Assembly (NCBI GenBank): GCA_023515795.1
Contig: JALGPX010000005.1
Coordinates: 62,001-126,000, forward strand
Direction: 5' to 3'
DNA from: Amoeboaphelidium occidentale
Taxonomy: Eukaryota
DNA: 64,000 bases
This document shows positions 58,352 through 64,000 of the stretch, one piece after another; positions within the stretch are counted from its first letter, which is position 1, and each line of letters begins with the position of its first letter. The notes below the pieces were generated by a model. It made no database searches. It was not told the DNA's origin and was given only the letters and a program-made list of their open reading frames with translations. The position numbers were made by a program, and so were the translations under genes.

Positions 58352-58996
58352 ATGGGTGGGCGATTATCAAAACTTCCTAGACCAGCTCAAAGCCGTGGAC
58401 CTTTAAAGAATGATACTTCAAAGCATCCATCTGCAATAAATGAAGTAAATGCAGACTGGGCCAGAAAAGCTGCAGCAGAAGAAGCAGAAATTCAAAGTAA
58501 TTTCCATATGACGTCTTCTAATAGCACGAACCTTATAGAACATATCAAAAGCATAGCAGATCAGTTTGTCGTGAACACGCGGTACTTTAAAGTGGACAAG
58601 AACTCTCCTGCTTACGATACTCAGCGCACAAGAGAAAAGCTAACTACTGAAGAAGCTTTAGAGAATCGTTTGGACGTCGACCAATTGACAGAATTTATTG
58701 TAAGAGCACAGGAAGATAAAAGCTATTTCAAAGAAGCTTACAAAGACAAGCTTAGTGAAGAGGCAAAGAAAAATATCATGGAAAATCTTAACCTGTACGA
58801 AATCGTTGGGTCTAAAATGGAAACCTCCAGCGTCGGTCACAATTCAAACCAAACCTCTGAAAAGATCCTGTATGGTTCGTGGCGTGGCTCAACTGCAAAC
58901 ATGCGATCGAGCAAAGATCCTCAAGAGTTGTTGAAAGCTAGAAAACAAATACTTAAAGAGAAGCGAAATACTGTGAAGTCTGACAGAGAGTTTTAA
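58352..58996 (+). CDS. Hypothetical protein with N-myristoylation-like start (possibly NDUFAF4-like)
   Basis: MGGRLSK start and KHPS motif; the family call is weak. Confidence 0.5.
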   Translation: MGGRLSKLPRPAQSRGPLKNDTSKHPSAINEVNADWARKAAAEEAEIQSNFHMTSSNSTNLIEHIKSIADQFVVNTRYFKVDKNSPAYDTQRTREKLTTEEALENRLDVDQLTEFIVRAQEDKSYFKEAYKDKLSEEAKKNIMENLNLYEIVGSKMETSSVGHNSNQTSEKILYGSWRGSTANMRSSKDPQELLKARKQILKEKRNTVKSDREF

Positions 58997-59174
58997 AGGT
59001 TCTGTGAGACGTTGAATGCCACCAGGGCTATTGAATTAGCGCTCCGATGGAAAGTGATAGTCTGCGATTAATGTAGCATACACGCCAATAGAAACTACTT
59101 GTAATTAGAATAATTTCCTTATGAGCCGCATGCAATTTCAAAAGATTCTCATTAATCTAAACTGCAAGCACACT

Positions 59175-60121
59175 CTATTTCTTCTTTGCCTTCTTGTTAT
59201 TAGAGTCTTTCAATTCCGTTGTGTTGGGCCGTTTCAGCTGAGTTTGGGTATTTTGTGTTTGCACGATACTCTCGTTCGATATGCTGCTCTTGTATACACT
59301 CTGTCTTGATTCTGCATGTAATAATACGCTTCTGGTATTAGCTGTTAGGCACTTGTGTGTCTCTGACTGCGACAGACCAAACAACGATCCCAAATGTATG
59401 CACTCTGCCGGTGTCCTTATTTCAGAGGCTAAACTAGCGCCACTGCTGAAAATAAAGTTCCTCTTTCTTCCCGCTCGTAAAAACATTCCCGCGTTCTGCA
59501 TTAGCAACCGCTTGTCGTAAGAAGATTCCTTCAAAAGAGGGTTCCAACAGATTTCGAAATGCACGCCTCTTTGAACAGCTGCATTCATGGTTGAGAACGA
59601 CGGATAAAAGCTCAAACGAGTCGTCATGCTGAGAGATATCACATCTACGGGTGCTTCTGTGCATGCCCATTGAAATACTTTCTCAGAAAGAGGCTCAATA
59701 GCAATTATATCATAAGTATTTAGCATCTTCCGGTAATTGGAAAATTGTTGTATAAAGATGGGATCTTCGACAGCCACAGTAACCCTCTGTAAAACCAACG
59801 GGAAATCTGAGCCTTGCAACTCTTCTGGTTTCGTGAATAGTCGCGCCAAATTCTTGCGGGGCTACACAGCAATGGTTAGTTGATCTTTCTTAAAGGTCTC
59901 ATGCTCAAATGGCTCAGAAAGAATTCTCCTCATAGATTCAGTATTAGCAAGGAATATAATCCGCATCATTGCCATTTGACGCGCGTCGATTTCGGACTTA
60001 CCTCCGTGTTCTCTTTTAAGGGTTTTCCGATATGTTTTCGATCATGCACAATAACTTGGAATCCGGAGTCGCGTAATGCGTTCCTGTGGATTCCGGGGCT
60101 TTGGCTTAAGTCAATGAACAT
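59175..60121 (-). CDS. RPP1: RNase P/MRP subunit Rpp1/RPP30 (spliced)
   Basis: MFIDL..., LQRVTV, YDIIAIEPLSEKVFQWAC, AVQRGVHFEI, FSSGA...EIRTP...LFGL. Confidence 0.85.
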
Positions 60122-60229
60122 TTCTTGAGCACGCGTTTGTCGATCGCAACAGCTCGAGTCGGACTTCACAAAAAGAATGGTTGAAAACCTCAGGGGTGAA
60201 TTGGAGTATCTTTTGAATATTTTTCAGAA

Positions 60230-61726
60230 ATGAGTTCCACAAAAAGCGAATCTTCTGATAAAGTTAAGGAAAGCGCAGAGAAAGGAAACGGTGGTATTGT
60301 TGGCAAGCGTGGTTTGAAGTCTTCGGATGTTGCTCTGATCGCTGTGGCAGTTGCTGGCGCCCTTGTGGCATTTGCTTGGAATCAAAAGACTTACAATGTT
60401 GCTAATGTTAACTTTGATATTCACTTTGAGCCTGTTTATGCTGCTATTGGTTTACTCGTATCTTTCATTTTGCTCTTGGTATCTTGGGTTTTCCGATCTG
60501 CTCCGGTTTACCTTTTGGACTTTGCAATCTGTCAAGGCAAAGATTCTATGAAGGTTCCGTATGATCTCTTCATGGAGAGGTCCAGAGGCTGTGGGAAGTT
60601 TACGGAAGAGAATGTTGAATTTCAAGGCAGAATTCTAGCGCGTTCTGGTGTTGGTCCAAACACGTATTTTCCGGATGGGATTGTTTCGAACCCTCCTGAT
60701 TTGAGCATGGAATCTGCCAGGAAGGAATTTGAGTTTGTTATGACTTCTTGCCTAGATGACCTATTCAGCAGAACAAAGTTGCGTCCTCAAGATATTGATA
60801 TTTTAATTGTCAATTGCAGCTTGTTTAATCCAACTCCTTCTCTGGCTGCGATGGTTATCAACAAGTACAAAATGAAGTCCTCAATTAAGTCCTATAATTT
60901 GGCTGGTATGGGTTGCAGCGCAGGGGTTATTGCTATTGATTTGGCTAAAGATCTTCTTCAAGTTCATCGTAATTCTCGATGCGTCGTAATAAGCACTGAA
61001 AATATTACGCAGAACTGGTATCTTGGAAACGACAGAAGCATGCTTTTGTCAAATTGCTTATTTAGAACAGGAGGAGCTGCAGTATTGCTTAGCAACAAGT
61101 GGACCGATCATTTTTCTGCAAAGTACAAGTTGATGCACACTGTGCGCGTTTGTAAGGCAGCAGATGATGAGGCTTATCGTGCAGTGTTCCAGACAGAAGA
61201 TGATCAGAATATTGTTGGTGTGCGATTGTCCAAGCAGCTAATTAAGTGTGTCGGAGATGCATTGAAAACAAACCTAACTAGACTGGGCCCTTTAGTTTTG
61301 CCGTTCAGCGAGCAGTTAAAGTTTGCCTTGAATAGCCTTTGGAGAACTTGTGAAAAAGTGATTTATGGCAAGGCCTCAAGAAAACCTTACACTCCTGATT
61401 TCAAAAAATCTTTTGAACATATTTGCATTCACTCCGGCGGGCGAGCTGTTATCGACGGTCTTCAAGAAAACCTTGATTTATCTGATACTGCAGTCAAAGC
61501 TAGCAGGGCTGTCTTATGGCGTTATGGAAACACAAGCTCTTCGTCTATATGGTACGAACTTGCTTATCACGAGCAGACAGGGAACATCAAGAGTGGCGAC
61601 CGTGTTTGGCAAATTGCATTTGGTTCTGGTTTGAAATGCAACAGTGCCGTTTGGAAGAGCATGAAGTCAGTGCATGACAAAAAGAGGGGTGACTGGAATT
61701 TAGACGGTTCAGACATAAAAGGTTGA
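60230..61726 (+). CDS. KCS: FAE1-type 3-ketoacyl-CoA synthase (very-long-chain fatty acid elongase)
   Basis: PVYLLDF, VNCSLFNPTPSL, GMGCSAG (Cys), CIHSGG (His), YGNTSSSSIWYELAY (Asn), WQIAFGSG.KCNSAVW; intronless. Confidence 0.95.
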   Translation: MSSTKSESSDKVKESAEKGNGGIVGKRGLKSSDVALIAVAVAGALVAFAWNQKTYNVANVNFDIHFEPVYAAIGLLVSFILLLVSWVFRSAPVYLLDFAICQGKDSMKVPYDLFMERSRGCGKFTEENVEFQGRILARSGVGPNTYFPDGIVSNPPDLSMESARKEFEFVMTSCLDDLFSRTKLRPQDIDILIVNCSLFNPTPSLAAMVINKYKMKSSIKSYNLAGMGCSAGVIAIDLAKDLLQVHRNSRCVVISTENITQNWYLGNDRSMLLSNCLFRTGGAAVLLSNKWTDHFSAKYKLMHTVRVCKAADDEAYRAVFQTEDDQNIVGVRLSKQLIKCVGDALKTNLTRLGPLVLPFSEQLKFALNSLWRTCEKVIYGKASRKPYTPDFKKSFEHICIHSGGRAVIDGLQENLDLSDTAVKASRAVLWRYGNTSSSSIWYELAYHEQTGNIKSGDRVWQIAFGSGLKCNSAVWKSMKSVHDKKRGDWNLDGSDIKG

Positions 61727-61740
61727 ACATAAACCAAATT

Positions 61741-63693
<1,953 letters not shown>

Positions 63694-64000
63694 TAACTTG
63701 ATATACAGAGCCGAAAGATAGCGGGCCCAATGATAAACTTGCGATCAAGTTGAAACAGTTTGCGAAATTCTGTCCAAGTCAGCATGGCAACCATTCGAAC
63801 GATCTGCCATGGGAGAACATCCGAAGCATCAATTATTTTCTATTAATTGCCATTTAGATCAGTGAGCCGTACGACTTATTTTGAGGCTGTTGATACATCG
63901 ACTGGTTCATGTTCTTCGCGCCGCCTTGCCCGAATGACTGATTTTGTACCTGGCCAAAAGGATTAGCGCCAGTTTGTAGCATGTTCTGATTTGAAGCTGG

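Overview
A very compact eukaryotic genomic window: about 44 protein-coding genes, GT-AG introns of roughly 33-41 nt, intergenic gaps down to 2 nt, and the standard genetic code. Gene content points to an early-diverging fungal-lineage (holomycotan) organism. It has nuclear NDUFS3 (complex I), DMC1, a phosphorylase kinase regulatory subunit, SMCR8-like, PC7-like convertase and TTD14-like genes. An aphelid-type algal parasitoid is my inference, not something the sequence proves. There are three zones. (1) 1-9.6 kb: a mostly intronless accessory zone with TRAF-Zn finger, two glycosyltransferase-like genes, a signal-peptide flotillin, BTB, SAM-like, LRR-like and a virus-like DUF4326 gene, followed by DMC1 and a Nup82-like gene. 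(2) 13.4-21.3 kb: a secreted tyrosinase cluster with three intact enzymes, one copy that has lost all copper histidines, two small secreted ORFs each directly upstream of a tyrosinase, and an antisense histone-fold ORF. One of the small ORFs aligns without gaps to the C-terminal post-catalytic segment of its neighbouring tyrosinase. (3) 21.3-64 kb: dense housekeeping genes with several oddities, including a secreted chlorophyllase-like hydrolase, a plant-type KCS, a Cdc15/Cdc7-like kinase spliced to an EF-hand domain, and a PHK subunit with an inserted ILEI domain. The best candidate for an undescribed system is the tyrosinase cluster with its stand-alone 'lid' microprotein and pseudo-enzyme. 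All family calls come from motif recognition by eye; no database searches were run.
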